Shown in pieces: positions 18,718 through 29,425 of a DNA stretch of 64,000 nucleotides (its first letter is position 1; each line of letters starts with the position of its first letter). This DNA is from an uncultured Solirubrobacteraceae bacterium (GTDB lineage Bacteria > Actinomycetota > Thermoleophilia > Solirubrobacterales > Solirubrobacteraceae): NCBI GenBank assembly GCA_963836035.1, contig CAWIHX010000005.1, positions 118,603 to 182,602 of the forward strand. Direction: 5' to 3'. Made by a program: the position numbers and the translations under genes. The notes beneath the pieces were generated by a model that saw only the letters and a program-made list of their open reading frames with translations, was not told where the DNA came from and searched no databases.

Positions 18718-19383
18718 ATGAACGCAGCCTCCGCCGGGATCCCCTACACGGTGAGGCGCTCCACCCGCGCCCGCCGCGTGCGCGTCAACGTGCACGCCCA
18801 CGCGGGCGTGGAGGTCGTCCTGCCCGCACGCGTCCCCGAGCGCGAAGCGGCGGCGGCGGTCGTCGAGCTGCGCCCCTGGATCGAGCGGCGGCTCGCCGAG
18901 GCACGCGAGGCGATGGCCCACGTCGCGAGGCGGGGGAGCACGCTGCCCTACCTCGACGGGACGCTCCGCCTCGTCCCCGAGCCGGGGCGCACCCGCGCGC
19001 ACCGCCGCGGCGAGCAGCTGCTCGTGCCGGTGGGCGACGCGCGGCCGGCGGTCGAGCGCTTCTACCGCCGCCGGGCGCGTGCCGAGATCGCACCGCGCCT
19101 GGACCGCGCGAGCGCCTGCGCCGGGCTCGCCTACAGCGGCCTCGACATCCGCGCGCAGCGCACGCGCTGGGCGTCGTGCTCCTCACGGGGGCGGATGAGC
19201 TTCAACTGGCGCCTGCTGCTCGCGCCCGAGCGCGTCCTGGAATACGTCGTCTGGCACGAGGTCTGCCACCTCGCCGTGCTCGACCACTCGCCGCGCTTCT
19301 GGGCGCTGCTCGGCAGCCACTGGCCGAGCTGGCGCGAAGAGCGCGCGTGGCTCAGCGCGAACGGCGCGACGCTCGTGCTCTGA
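18718..19383 (+). CDS. YgjP/DUF45 family zinc metallopeptidase (M48-like)
   Basis: 'RTRWASCS', 'FNWRL', 'YVVWHEVCHL', 'HSPRFW'. Confidence 0.9.
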   Translation: MNAASAGIPYTVRRSTRARRVRVNVHAHAGVEVVLPARVPEREAAAAVVELRPWIERRLAEAREAMAHVARRGSTLPYLDGTLRLVPEPGRTRAHRRGEQLLVPVGDARPAVERFYRRRARAEIAPRLDRASACAGLAYSGLDIRAQRTRWASCSSRGRMSFNWRLLLAPERVLEYVVWHEVCHLAVLDHSPRFWALLGSHWPSWREERAWLSANGATLVL

Positions 19384-19393
19384 GCGCGGGCAG

Positions 19394-19792
19394 CTAGCCG
19401 AGGACGGGGCCCAGCGGGCTGGTGGCGATCAGCCGCGAGTCCGCGAGCGCGGCGTCGCGGTGGGCGTGCGCTTCCAGGTAGCCCGGGTCGCTTGCCATCT
19501 CGAGGAAGCGCGCGGCCGAGGGGTACTCCACCAGCAGCGCCATGTCCCACTCGTCCTCCGGCCCGATCACGACGTGGCGCGCGACGACCCCGTTGAGCAT
19601 GCGTCCGCCCACTTTGGCCAGGTACGGCGCGGCCTCGCGACCGTAGCGTTCGTAGGCCTCGCGTCCGCTCATGCCCTCGTCGGGAGCGCTCGCGTCCTCC
19701 TTGAAGCGCAGGAGGTTCAGCATCACGACGGGCTCGTCGGAGGGGAGCGAATGCAGGTGCTGGAGCTGGCTCTCGGTGGGGAATATTGACAT
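19394..19792 (-). CDS. DUF1330 domain protein
   Basis: 'VVMLNLLRFKE', 'SGREAYERY', 'LVEYPS'. Confidence 0.85.
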   Translation of the reverse strand: MSIFPTESQLQHLHSLPSDEPVVMLNLLRFKEDASAPDEGMSGREAYERYGREAAPYLAKVGGRMLNGVVARHVVIGPEDEWDMALLVEYPSAARFLEMASDPGYLEAHAHRDAALADSRLIATSPLGPVLG

Positions 19793-19804
19793 GGTGTAAA
19801 GCAC

Positions 19805-20642
19805 CCTAGCGAACTTGGATGGGCGACGACCTTCCTTGAACTCCAGTCAGGCCACAACACCGACAGCGGAGTGACAGACGCTCTGTCTCCAGCGCTCCGA
19901 ACGACACGCGGGGAGGTCTCTCGGGTTGAGAAGCTCAAGGTCGCCGTGGGAACGCCGGCGGGCAAGGCCGGCACCCTCGGCATTGGCTGGGGCGAGTTCC
20001 AAGTCACCTATCAGCCGGGGGTTACCGCTGGCGAGAGCGATCTCCCGAAGGCGCTTTTCGACGCCGTTGAGAGCGTGGTCCGGCACGGATGGGATGGACT
20101 CGTGCTCTTGCTCGATGAGGCGCAGGTCATCCGCGATGAGACCCGCGCGACGGGGCAGCATCCGCTCTCGCGCCTGATCGCATCTGTCTCGTCACTGCAG
20201 AAGGCGGAACTACCGGTCTTGCCGAGCGGGTCGTCATGGAAGTCGGGGATATCCCTACTTCGTGCAACTGTGGGGCGCGGAGCTCTGGGACGCAGCGGAT
20301 GCTGTGGGCGTGTCTGCATCTAGCCAAAGGCTGCTGGATGCGACGCGGTCCGAGATCTTCCGTCGGCTCGATTTCGACTTCTACGAGCCGCGAGTTGACA
20401 CCCTGACGCCCGCTGGGCAGGACGTACTCCTCACCAGCGCAGAGTGCACCTATCCGCCTCTAGTCGTCGCTGGGTTGAACGACGCCGTCAGCAAGACGCC
20501 GGGAAACGTCAACGTCCTCCTCGGCCGGCTCATCGACAGCGGAGTTCTCTACCGAGTGCGAAAGGGACAGTACGAATACACGGCCCCCAAGTTCAGGGAC
20601 TACCTCCTGCGCCGGACCGGAGTTGCGTACCAACTGCCTTGA
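19805..20642 (+). pseudogene. Decayed P-loop ATPase with C-terminal winged helix (AAA_16-like family)
   Basis: Walker B 'LVLLLDEAQ' in one frame, 'LAERVVMEVG' in a second, 'GYPYFVQLWGAELWDAA...YTAPKFRDYL' in a third; no Walker A; atypical codons. Confidence 0.75.
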
Positions 20643-20685
20643 CGGCTTGAAGAGCCCTGCCTCCCCGAGGCCTCCAGCGGTCCCG

Positions 20686-22023
<1,338 letters not shown>

Positions 22024-22111
22024 GGGCCTCTCCTGTCCGTGTCGGTGCTCTGCGACCGATTATGGGGTACGGGGGACGCTCGTCCCGGACGGGCGCGGCG
22101 GCGAGCTGCGC

Positions 22112-22384
22112 TCACACCCGCCGGCCGTGGCGCATCGCGGTGGCGACGCGCACGCGCGGCGGCGAGAGCGGCGCGGGGTCGCCGTGGGGGCCTCTGCGCG
22201 GGGGGCGCGGCGGCCGCCGGCGCGGGCGGTGTGGATGGCGCGGACGTGGCCGCGGCCCGATGCCGCCGTCCTCGTCCATGAAGTTCTCCGGCGTCTGCTT
22301 GACCGCCCAGCGCACGATCAGGAACAGCGCGACGATCGGGATCTTCAAGAACAGCATCAGCCAGAGGAAGGTCCAGACGTCCAC
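22112..22384 (-). CDS. Small single-pass membrane protein with Pro/Arg-rich tail
   Basis: N-terminal TM 'VWTFLWLMLFLKIPIVALFLIVRW'; TATGAT box 8 nt before GTG. Confidence 0.7.
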   Translation of the reverse strand: MDVWTFLWLMLFLKIPIVALFLIVRWAVKQTPENFMDEDGGIGPRPRPRHPHRPRRRPPRPPRRGPHGDPAPLSPPRVRVATAMRHGRRV

Positions 22385-22482
22385 CGTGACCCATCATATA
22401 CCCGGGGAAACCCCGGATCACCGGGGTGGACAACTACCGATGCGCGCCGGTGGGCACCGGAGTAACCCGCGGCTTCGGCGTC

Positions 22483-23454
22483 TCAGCCCCGCATCGCGAG
22501 CGGGGCGCCGCTGAACTGCGTCATCGCGTGCAGATCCTTGATGCGCGCGCCGATCTCGTGGCTCTCGAGTCGTTCGATCCGCTCGGTTCCGAACTCCTCG
22601 ACGTTGTAGGAGGCGAGCACCGTCGCGTGGGCCATCGCGCGGCGCAGCAGATCGTCGCCGAGCGGCTCGCCGGGGTGTGCGGCGATGTAGCCGACGAGGC
22701 CGCCGGCGAAGGTGTCGCCCGCGCCGGTCGGGTCGATGACCGTCTCCAGCGGATAGGCCGGGAGCGCGAAGAAGCCCTCGCGCGTGACGAGCGCGGCGCC
22801 GTACTCGCCCTGCTTGGCGACGATCACACTGGGGCCCGCCCACCCGCCGCCGGGCCCGCCGCCGGGGGGCGACCAGGACAGGATCTCGCGCGCCGCCGTC
22901 ACGAGGTTCGGCTTGCCTGTGAGCTGGCGCAGCTCGGCGTCGTTGAGGATCACGCAGTCGACCTCGGCGATCGCGGCGACGAGCGAGTCGCGGGCGATGT
23001 CGATCCACAGGTTCATCGAGTCCAGCGCGACGAACCTGGCGTCCGGCAGCTGGGCGCGCACCTGGCGCTGCAGGTCGGGCTGGATGTTGGCGAGGAACAG
23101 CACCTCGCTCGCGAGCGCCGCGTCGGGCAGCTTCGGCTCGAAGCCCTCGAACACGCCGAGCTGCGTGTCGAGCGTCTCGCGCGAGTTCAGGTCCCAGCCG
23201 TACTCGCCCTGCCAGAAGAAGGTCTTGCCGCCCGCCACTCGCTCGATGCCGTCGACGTTCACACCGCGCCTGGCCATCACGGCGATCTGCTCCTCGCCGA
23301 AGTCGTCGCCGACCGGCCCCACCACGCAGACGTCGGCGAAGAAGGAGGCAGCCAGTGCGAAGTGCACGGCGGCGCCTCCGAGCATCCGCTCGCGCTCTCC
23401 GAACGGCGTCTTGACGGTGTCGTAGGCGATGGAGCCGACCACGGTGATGGACAT
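22483..23454 (-). CDS. PfkB family carbohydrate/nucleoside kinase
   Basis: 'VVGSIAYD', 'GGAA', 'DPTGAGDTFAGG'. Confidence 0.92.
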   Translation of the reverse strand: MSITVVGSIAYDTVKTPFGERERMLGGAAVHFALAASFFADVCVVGPVGDDFGEEQIAVMARRGVNVDGIERVAGGKTFFWQGEYGWDLNSRETLDTQLGVFEGFEPKLPDAALASEVLFLANIQPDLQRQVRAQLPDARFVALDSMNLWIDIARDSLVAAIAEVDCVILNDAELRQLTGKPNLVTAAREILSWSPPGGGPGGGWAGPSVIVAKQGEYGAALVTREGFFALPAYPLETVIDPTGAGDTFAGGLVGYIAAHPGEPLGDDLLRRAMAHATVLASYNVEEFGTERIERLESHEIGARIKDLHAMTQFSGAPLAMRG

Positions 23455-23546
23455 CGGCGGGCACCTTAGAGCACCGCGCTCGCCGCCGGGCGGTCGGTCG
23501 GCGCACGCGCGGGGACCCGCGGCAGGCACTTAGATAGCCTCGGGGC

Positions 23547-24500
23547 ATGCGCGCGATCCAGATGACCGAGTTCGGGGGGCCGGAGGTGCTGCAGCTCGCC
23601 GAGCTGCCGCAGCCCGAGCCCGGGCCCGGCGAGGTCCTGATCAGGGTCTCGCGTGCGGGGCTGAACTTCGCCGACACGCACACGAGGACCAACTCCTACG
23701 TGCAGAAGGCGACGCTCCCGCTCGTACCGGGAGGCGAGGTGGCGGGCCTGCTCGAGGAAACCGGCGAGCGGGTGGTCGCGCTCGTGGGCACCGGCGGGTA
23801 CGCCGAGTACGTCACCGCGCAGCGCGAGCGGGTGTTCCCGATCCCGGGCGGGGTGGACGACGGCACGGCGCTCGCGCTGGTGATCCAGGGCACGACCGCC
23901 TGGCACCTGCTGCGCACGGCGAGCCGCCTGACGCAGGGTGAGAGCGTCGTCGTGCACTCCGCCGCGGGCGGGGTCGGCTCGCTCACGACGCAGCTCGCGG
24001 CGGCCTTCGGCGCGGGGCGGGTGATCGCGACCGCCTCGAGCGAGGAGAAGCGCGACCTGGCCAGGGCGCTCGGCGCCGACGTCGCGGTGGCGGCCGATGC
24101 CGAGGGCCTGACCGAGCGGCTGGTGGAGGCCAACGACGGCCGCGAGGTCGACGTCGTGATCGACTCCGCGGGCGGGGCGGTCTTCGACGCGTCGATCAAA
24201 GCGCTCGCGCCCTTCGGGCGGATCGTCGTCAACGGCATCGCCACCGGCGAGCAGAACGAGGTGCGGACCGGGTCGCTGCTGCGGCACTCGCGCTCGGTGA
24301 TCGGCTTCTGGCTGTTCCACACCCTCGACCGGCCGGAGATGTTCGGCGAGGCGCTCGCCGACCTGTTCGCGCGGACGATCGGCGGGGAGCTGCGACCGGT
24401 CCTCGGTGCGACCTACCCCCTCGAGCAGGCGCCGCAGGCCCAGATCGACCTTCGCGAGCGGCGCACGACTGGCAAGCTGCTGCTGGACCCCACGATCTAG
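23547..24500 (+). CDS. NADPH:quinone oxidoreductase (MDR/zeta-crystallin family)
   Basis: 'GLNFAD', 'GGYAEY', 'HSAAGGVG', 'TGKLLL'. Confidence 0.92.
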   Translation: MRAIQMTEFGGPEVLQLAELPQPEPGPGEVLIRVSRAGLNFADTHTRTNSYVQKATLPLVPGGEVAGLLEETGERVVALVGTGGYAEYVTAQRERVFPIPGGVDDGTALALVIQGTTAWHLLRTASRLTQGESVVVHSAAGGVGSLTTQLAAAFGAGRVIATASSEEKRDLARALGADVAVAADAEGLTERLVEANDGREVDVVIDSAGGAVFDASIKALAPFGRIVVNGIATGEQNEVRTGSLLRHSRSVIGFWLFHTLDRPEMFGEALADLFARTIGGELRPVLGATYPLEQAPQAQIDLRERRTTGKLLLDPTI

Positions 24501-24541
24501 ATGATCGAGACCGGACCAGCGCACCGCCGGATGCCCCTCTG

Positions 24542-25972
24542 ATGCCCAAGAGCTTCGCCGAGCTCGGCCTGTCCGAGTCGACGCTGCAGGCCCTGCGCGA
24601 CGTCGGCTACGAGTCCCCGAGCCCGATCCAGGAGCAGGCGATTCCCGCGCTGCTCGAAGGCCGCGACGTGATCGGCCAGGCGCAGACGGGAACGGGGAAG
24701 ACCGCTGCGTTCGGGCTTCCCATCATGGAATACGTGGACCCCTCCGAGCAGACGGTGCAGGCGCTCGTGCTCACGCCGACGCGCGAGCTGTGCATCCAGG
24801 TCACGCAGGCGCTGCGCGCCTACGGAGCGCGCAAGGGTGTCGATGTCGTCGCCGTGTTCGGCGGCGCGCCGATCCGCACCCAGCAGGCGCAGCTGCGGGC
24901 GGGCGGGCACGTCGTCGTCGGCACGGTCGGGCGCGTGCTGGACCTGATCTCCCGGCACTCGCTGATGCTGACCGACACCCGCTTCGTCGTGCTGGACGAG
25001 GCCGACGAGATGCTCGACCTGGGGTTCCTGGAGGACGTCGAGAAAATCCTCGCGCTGACGCCGTCGAGCCGCCAGACCGCGCTCTTCAGCGCGACGATGC
25101 CGCCGCCGATCCGCAAGCTCGCCGACCGCTACATGTACGACCCGCAGATCATCCAGGTCGAGGCGGCGACGCTGACGATCGACACGGTGGCGCAGTTCCA
25201 GCTGCCCGTCGAGACGAAGCACAAGCCCGAGATGCTCGTCGAGGTGCTCCACGCGGAGAAACCGGACCAGGCGATCGTGTTCGTGCGCACGAAGATCCGT
25301 GCCGACCAGCTGTTCCGGACGCTGCGCGACCGCGGCCTGAACGTGCGCGCGCTGCATGGCGACATGAGCCAGGGCTCGCGCGACGGTGTGATGCTCGCGT
25401 TCAAGGGCGGGCGCGTGCCCATCCTCGTCGCGACCGACGTCGCCGCGCGTGGCCTCGACATCTCGACCGTCACGCACGTGATCAACTACGACGTGCCGAC
25501 GAGCCCCGACACCTACGTGCACCGCATCGGTCGCACGGGCCGCGTCGGGCGCACCGGCCGCGCGATCACGTTCGTGGAGTCGCGCCAGAAGCGCGAGCTC
25601 GAGGCGATCGAACGGCACATCGGCACGTCGATCGCACGCTGGGAGAAGGGCGTGCAGGCGCAGCCGACGCCGGTGCGCGAGCGCCCCCGCCGGCACTCCA
25701 AGCCACGGGTGTCTCGCCGCGACGACGGCGAGCCCTACGTGAAGCTCGTGCTCGGCGGCGGGCGCGCCTCCGGCCTGAAGGTCGCCGACATCGTCTCGGC
25801 CGTCACGTCCTCGACCGGGCTCGACGGCGAGGCCGTGCGCGACGTGACGGTGCTCGACCGCTTCTCGTTCCTGTCGGTGCCGGCCGGCGAGGCCGATCGC
25901 GTCATCGAGGCGGTCGACGGCCGGCAGGTCAATGGCCACCGCCTGGGCCTCGAGCGCGCGCCGGTACAGTAG
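24542..25972 (+). CDS. DEAD-box RNA helicase with DbpA-type RNA-binding domain (DeaD-like)
   Basis: Q motif 'PSPIQ', 'AQTGTGKT', 'PTREL', 'DEAD', 'SAT', 'HRIGRTGR'. Confidence 0.95.
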   Translation: MPKSFAELGLSESTLQALRDVGYESPSPIQEQAIPALLEGRDVIGQAQTGTGKTAAFGLPIMEYVDPSEQTVQALVLTPTRELCIQVTQALRAYGARKGVDVVAVFGGAPIRTQQAQLRAGGHVVVGTVGRVLDLISRHSLMLTDTRFVVLDEADEMLDLGFLEDVEKILALTPSSRQTALFSATMPPPIRKLADRYMYDPQIIQVEAATLTIDTVAQFQLPVETKHKPEMLVEVLHAEKPDQAIVFVRTKIRADQLFRTLRDRGLNVRALHGDMSQGSRDGVMLAFKGGRVPILVATDVAARGLDISTVTHVINYDVPTSPDTYVHRIGRTGRVGRTGRAITFVESRQKRELEAIERHIGTSIARWEKGVQAQPTPVRERPRRHSKPRVSRRDDGEPYVKLVLGGGRASGLKVADIVSAVTSSTGLDGEAVRDVTVLDRFSFLSVPAGEADRVIEAVDGRQVNGHRLGLERAPVQ

Positions 25973-25977
25973 GCGCC

Positions 25978-26436
25978 ATGTCCACAGCCACGATGCAGAC
26001 CACCGAAGGGCCGATCGTCTTCGAGCTGTTCGACGACGATGCACCCGAGACCGTTGCGAACTTCCGCAAGCTCGCTTCCGACGGCTTCTACGACGGCCTC
26101 ACGTTCCATCGGGTCATCAAGGACTTCATGATCCAGGGCGGCTGCCCCCAGGGCACCGGCACGGGCGGCCCGGGCTACACCTTCGACGACGAGATCAACG
26201 AGCACAAGGTCGTCCGGGGCGCGCTGGCGATGGCGAACGCCGGCCCGAACACGAACGGCTCGCAGTTCTTCATCGTCACGACCGACGCGGCGCCGTGGCT
26301 CGACGGCAAGCACACCGTGTTCGGCCAGGTGACCGACGGCATGGACGTCGTCGACAAGCTCGAGGGTGTCGAGACCGACGGCGCGGATCGCCCGCAGGAG
26401 CCGATCGGGATCGCGGCCATCGAGCTCGCGGACTAG
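25978..26436 (+). CDS. Peptidyl-prolyl cis-trans isomerase (cyclophilin)
   Basis: 'APETVANF', '[13 protein letters not shown]', '[15 protein letters not shown]', '[10 protein letters not shown]'. Confidence 0.96.
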   Translation: MSTATMQTTEGPIVFELFDDDAPETVANFRKLASDGFYDGLTFHRVIKDFMIQGGCPQGTGTGGPGYTFDDEINEHKVVRGALAMANAGPNTNGSQFFIVTTDAAPWLDGKHTVFGQVTDGMDVVDKLEGVETDGADRPQEPIGIAAIELAD

Positions 26437-26456
26437 GACCCCTCCGCGACGGCTGG

Positions 26457-27047
26457 CTACGCAGCGCCGGCGATCGCCGCCGCTGCGTCGGCGAGGCGGT
26501 CGTCGCCCCAGAAGAGCTCGCCCTGGGCGTAGACCGTGGGGATCCCGGTCACCCCGAGCTCGCGCGCGTCGTCCGTGACCTGACGCAGCCGCTCCTTGAT
26601 CTCGGGGCGCTCGACCCCCTCGCGGACGGCCGCCGCCTCGACGCCGGCCTCGTGTGCGGCCTCGAGCACGACCTCGATGTCGGTCAGGTCGCGTCCCAGG
26701 CCGAAACCCTGGCGGTAGGCCGCCAGCGAGAACTCCCGCAGGCGCCCCAGCTCCTCCGCGACGAGCGTCGCGCGCAGCACCAGCACCGAGTACGTGCCCA
26801 GCGGCCAGTCACGCGGCCAGCGCAGTGGCAGCCCGAGAGCGGCCGCGCGCTGCTCGCATTCGCGCATCTGCGCGTCGCGTGCCGAGCCCTCGCGCATCGA
26901 CCACGGCACCTTCCCGATCGCCTGGATCAGCGAGCCGAACAGGATCGGCTGCCAGCGGGGCTCGGCGGGCAGAACATCCTCGACGCGGTGGGCGCTCATG
27001 TACGAGTACGGCGAGCTGAAGTCGTAGAAGAAGACCGGCGTCCTCAC
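26457..27047 (-). CDS. 2-hydroxychromene-2-carboxylate isomerase / DsbA-GSTK family
   Basis: 'FFYDFSSPYSY', 'GVTGIPT', 'FWGDDRL'. Confidence 0.9.
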   Translation of the reverse strand: MRTPVFFYDFSSPYSYMSAHRVEDVLPAEPRWQPILFGSLIQAIGKVPWSMREGSARDAQMRECEQRAAALGLPLRWPRDWPLGTYSVLVLRATLVAEELGRLREFSLAAYRQGFGLGRDLTDIEVVLEAAHEAGVEAAAVREGVERPEIKERLRQVTDDARELGVTGIPTVYAQGELFWGDDRLADAAAAIAGAA

Positions 27048-27139
27048 GTTGCTGATCGTACGGGTCTCGGCCCCGGTGCCGCGAGCTCGGTCGGAGTAAC
27101 CTTCCTGTCCAGGGTCGAACGAGCGCAGGGGAGGGCCAC

Positions 27140-28693
27140 ATGGCCACTGTCGAGCAGCAGGTACCGGAGATTCAGAACGGCGTCGCGGCGCCCGTGACCG
27201 GCGAGATCCCGGTCGAGAACCCCGCCACGGGGCAGACGATCGCGACCGTCCCGGACATGACGGCCGAGCAGGTCGCCGAGATGGCTGCCCGCGGCCGCGC
27301 TGCTCAGCCCGAGTGGGAGGCCTACGGCTTCGAGGGCCGCGCGCGTGTGATGCTGCGCGCCCAGAAGTGGGTCATGGACAACGCGGAGAGGATCGTCACG
27401 ACGATCATGTCCGAGACCGGCAAGACCTTCGAGGACGCCGAGCTGGCCGAGATCGGCTACGCCGGCAACGCCTTCGGCTTCTGGGCGAAGTACGGGCCGA
27501 GGTACCTCGAGGACGAGCACATCAAGTCCAGCCAGGTGCTCGTGAAGGGCAAGAAGCTCATCAACCGCTTCCGCCCGCTCGGCCTGATCGGTGTGATCGG
27601 CCCCTGGAACTACCCGCTGACGAACTCCTTCGGAGACTGCATCCCGGCGCTGATGGCCGGCAACAGCGTGATCCTGAAGCCGTCGGAGGTCACGCCGCTG
27701 ACCTCGATGCTCCTGGCTGAGGGCATGCGCGAGTGCGGGCTGCCCGAGAACGTGCTGCAGATCGCGACCGGCCGCGGCGCGACCGGCGCCGCGCTGATCG
27801 AGCACGTCGACATGATCATGTTCACGGGCTCGACCAAGACCGGCCGCAAGGTCGCCGAGGCGGCCGCGCGCCGGCTGATCCCCTCCTCGCTGGAGCTCGG
27901 CGGCAAGGACCCGATGATCGTCCTGTCCGACGCCGACCTCGAGCGTGCCGCCAACTTCGCCACCTACTACTCGATGCAGAACGCCGGCCAGACGTGCATC
28001 TCGATCGAGCGTGTCTACGTCGAGGAGCCCGTCTACGACGAGTTCGTCTCGAAAGTCTCCGAGAAAGTGCGTGAGCTGCGCGTCGGCAAGCCGGAGGGCC
28101 CCGGTTCGGTCGAGGTGGGGGCGATCACGTTCCCGCCGCAGCTCGACACGATCAAGAGCCACGTCGACGACGCGGTCCAGAAGGGCGCGCGCATCCTCGC
28201 CGGGGGCAGCGAGGCCCCGGGCGCCGGGCGCTTCTTCGAACCGACGGTGCTCGTCGACGTCGACCACACGATGAAGTGCATGACCGAGGAGACCTTCGGC
28301 CCGACGCTGCCGATCATGAAGGTGAAGGACGCGGACGAGGCGGTGCGGCTCTCCAACGACTCGAACTACGGGCTCGGCGCCTCGGTGTTCTCTCGGAACA
28401 CCGAGCGGGGCGAGCAGATCGCCCGGCGTCTGCACGCGGGCGCGGCGAACGTGAACGACGCGATGATCAACTACACGGTGCTGGAGCTGCCGATGGGCGG
28501 CGCCAAGGAGTCGGGGCTCGGCACGCGCCACGGCGCCGGCGGGATCCGCAAGTACTGCTCCCAGCAGGCGATCGTGGTGACGCCGAAACTGGCCATGAAG
28601 AAGGAAATCTTCATGTACCCGTACAAGTCGCGGACGTCGAAGCTGCTGGCCGGGTTCTTCAAGTTCATGTACGGCCGCGGCAAGCGCGCCTGA
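27140..28693 (+). CDS. NAD(P)-dependent aldehyde dehydrogenase
   Basis: 'PWNYP', 'KPSE', 'FTGS', 'LELGGKDP', 'AGQTC', 'EETFGP'. Confidence 0.95.
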   Translation: MATVEQQVPEIQNGVAAPVTGEIPVENPATGQTIATVPDMTAEQVAEMAARGRAAQPEWEAYGFEGRARVMLRAQKWVMDNAERIVTTIMSETGKTFEDAELAEIGYAGNAFGFWAKYGPRYLEDEHIKSSQVLVKGKKLINRFRPLGLIGVIGPWNYPLTNSFGDCIPALMAGNSVILKPSEVTPLTSMLLAEGMRECGLPENVLQIATGRGATGAALIEHVDMIMFTGSTKTGRKVAEAAARRLIPSSLELGGKDPMIVLSDADLERAANFATYYSMQNAGQTCISIERVYVEEPVYDEFVSKVSEKVRELRVGKPEGPGSVEVGAITFPPQLDTIKSHVDDAVQKGARILAGGSEAPGAGRFFEPTVLVDVDHTMKCMTEETFGPTLPIMKVKDADEAVRLSNDSNYGLGASVFSRNTERGEQIARRLHAGAANVNDAMINYTVLELPMGGAKESGLGTRHGAGGIRKYCSQQAIVVTPKLAMKKEIFMYPYKSRTSKLLAGFFKFMYGRGKRA

Positions 28694-28819
28694 CGGGCAC
28701 GACTTCGGGGCGCACCGAGGTCGGGCCGCAGAGCGAGGGCGAGCCCGCCGTCGCGGCCAGGGGTGGCGCTTGGTCCGGCCAGGCGCCGCAACCTGCCTCC
28801 GAACTGTGACTCGCACAGC

Positions 28820-29218
28820 GTGAGTCACGGTGTCCTCGGTCTCGACCATGCCCAGGTCGCGGCGCCCGCCGGCTGCGAGGCCGCAGCACGGCTGTTCTTC
28901 TGCGAGCTCCTCGGGCTCGCGGAGCTGGAGAAGCCCGAGCCGCTTCGCGCCCGCGGCGGCGTGTGGCTCGCGCTGGGCGACGGGCGCCAGCTGCACGTCG
29001 GCGTCGAGGACGGCTTCCTGCCCTCCTTGAAGGCTCACCCGGCGCTGCGTGTACGCGCGGAGGAGATCGACGCGCTCGCCGAGCGGCTGGCGACCGCCGG
29101 GTTCGACGTGCGCTGGGACGAGGCGCTGCCGGTGCGGCGCTTCTACGTCGGCGACCCGTGGGGGAACCGGATCGAGCTGCTCGCCGTCGGCGTCTCCGGT
29201 GGCCTCTGCGACACATAG
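28820..29218 (+). CDS. VOC/glyoxalase family protein
   Basis: 'LDHAQV', 'QLHVGV', 'KAHPA', 'DPWGNRIELL'. Confidence 0.88.
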   Translation: MSHGVLGLDHAQVAAPAGCEAAARLFFCELLGLAELEKPEPLRARGGVWLALGDGRQLHVGVEDGFLPSLKAHPALRVRAEEIDALAERLATAGFDVRWDEALPVRRFYVGDPWGNRIELLAVGVSGGLCDT

Positions 29219-29425
29219 CTGCACGGTGTCTGGACGTGTCGGGGCAGCCCAGGCTCGGAGTTCGGCAAACAACGCCGTCTTCAATGACCGTCCGCGACTT
29301 TGGCTGGGTTTGTGTTTCTTCCCTGCAAAATTCCACCTGGGTGCAGGGATGATGGCGTAGCTGGCTTTGGGATTAATGCGAAACAAACACAAAAACACCA
29401 GATTGTTCGCTAAACTGCGGCGGCA

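Noticed and set aside
27044-29398. 784-aa minus-strand ORF and many other long overlapping ORFs (e.g. 43429..45951, 47890..49335 portion, 61566..63863, 12141..14075)
   Set aside because: Shadow ORFs typical of very GC-rich DNA: Arg/Ala/Gly-rich, no motifs, and antisense or out of frame to well-supported genes
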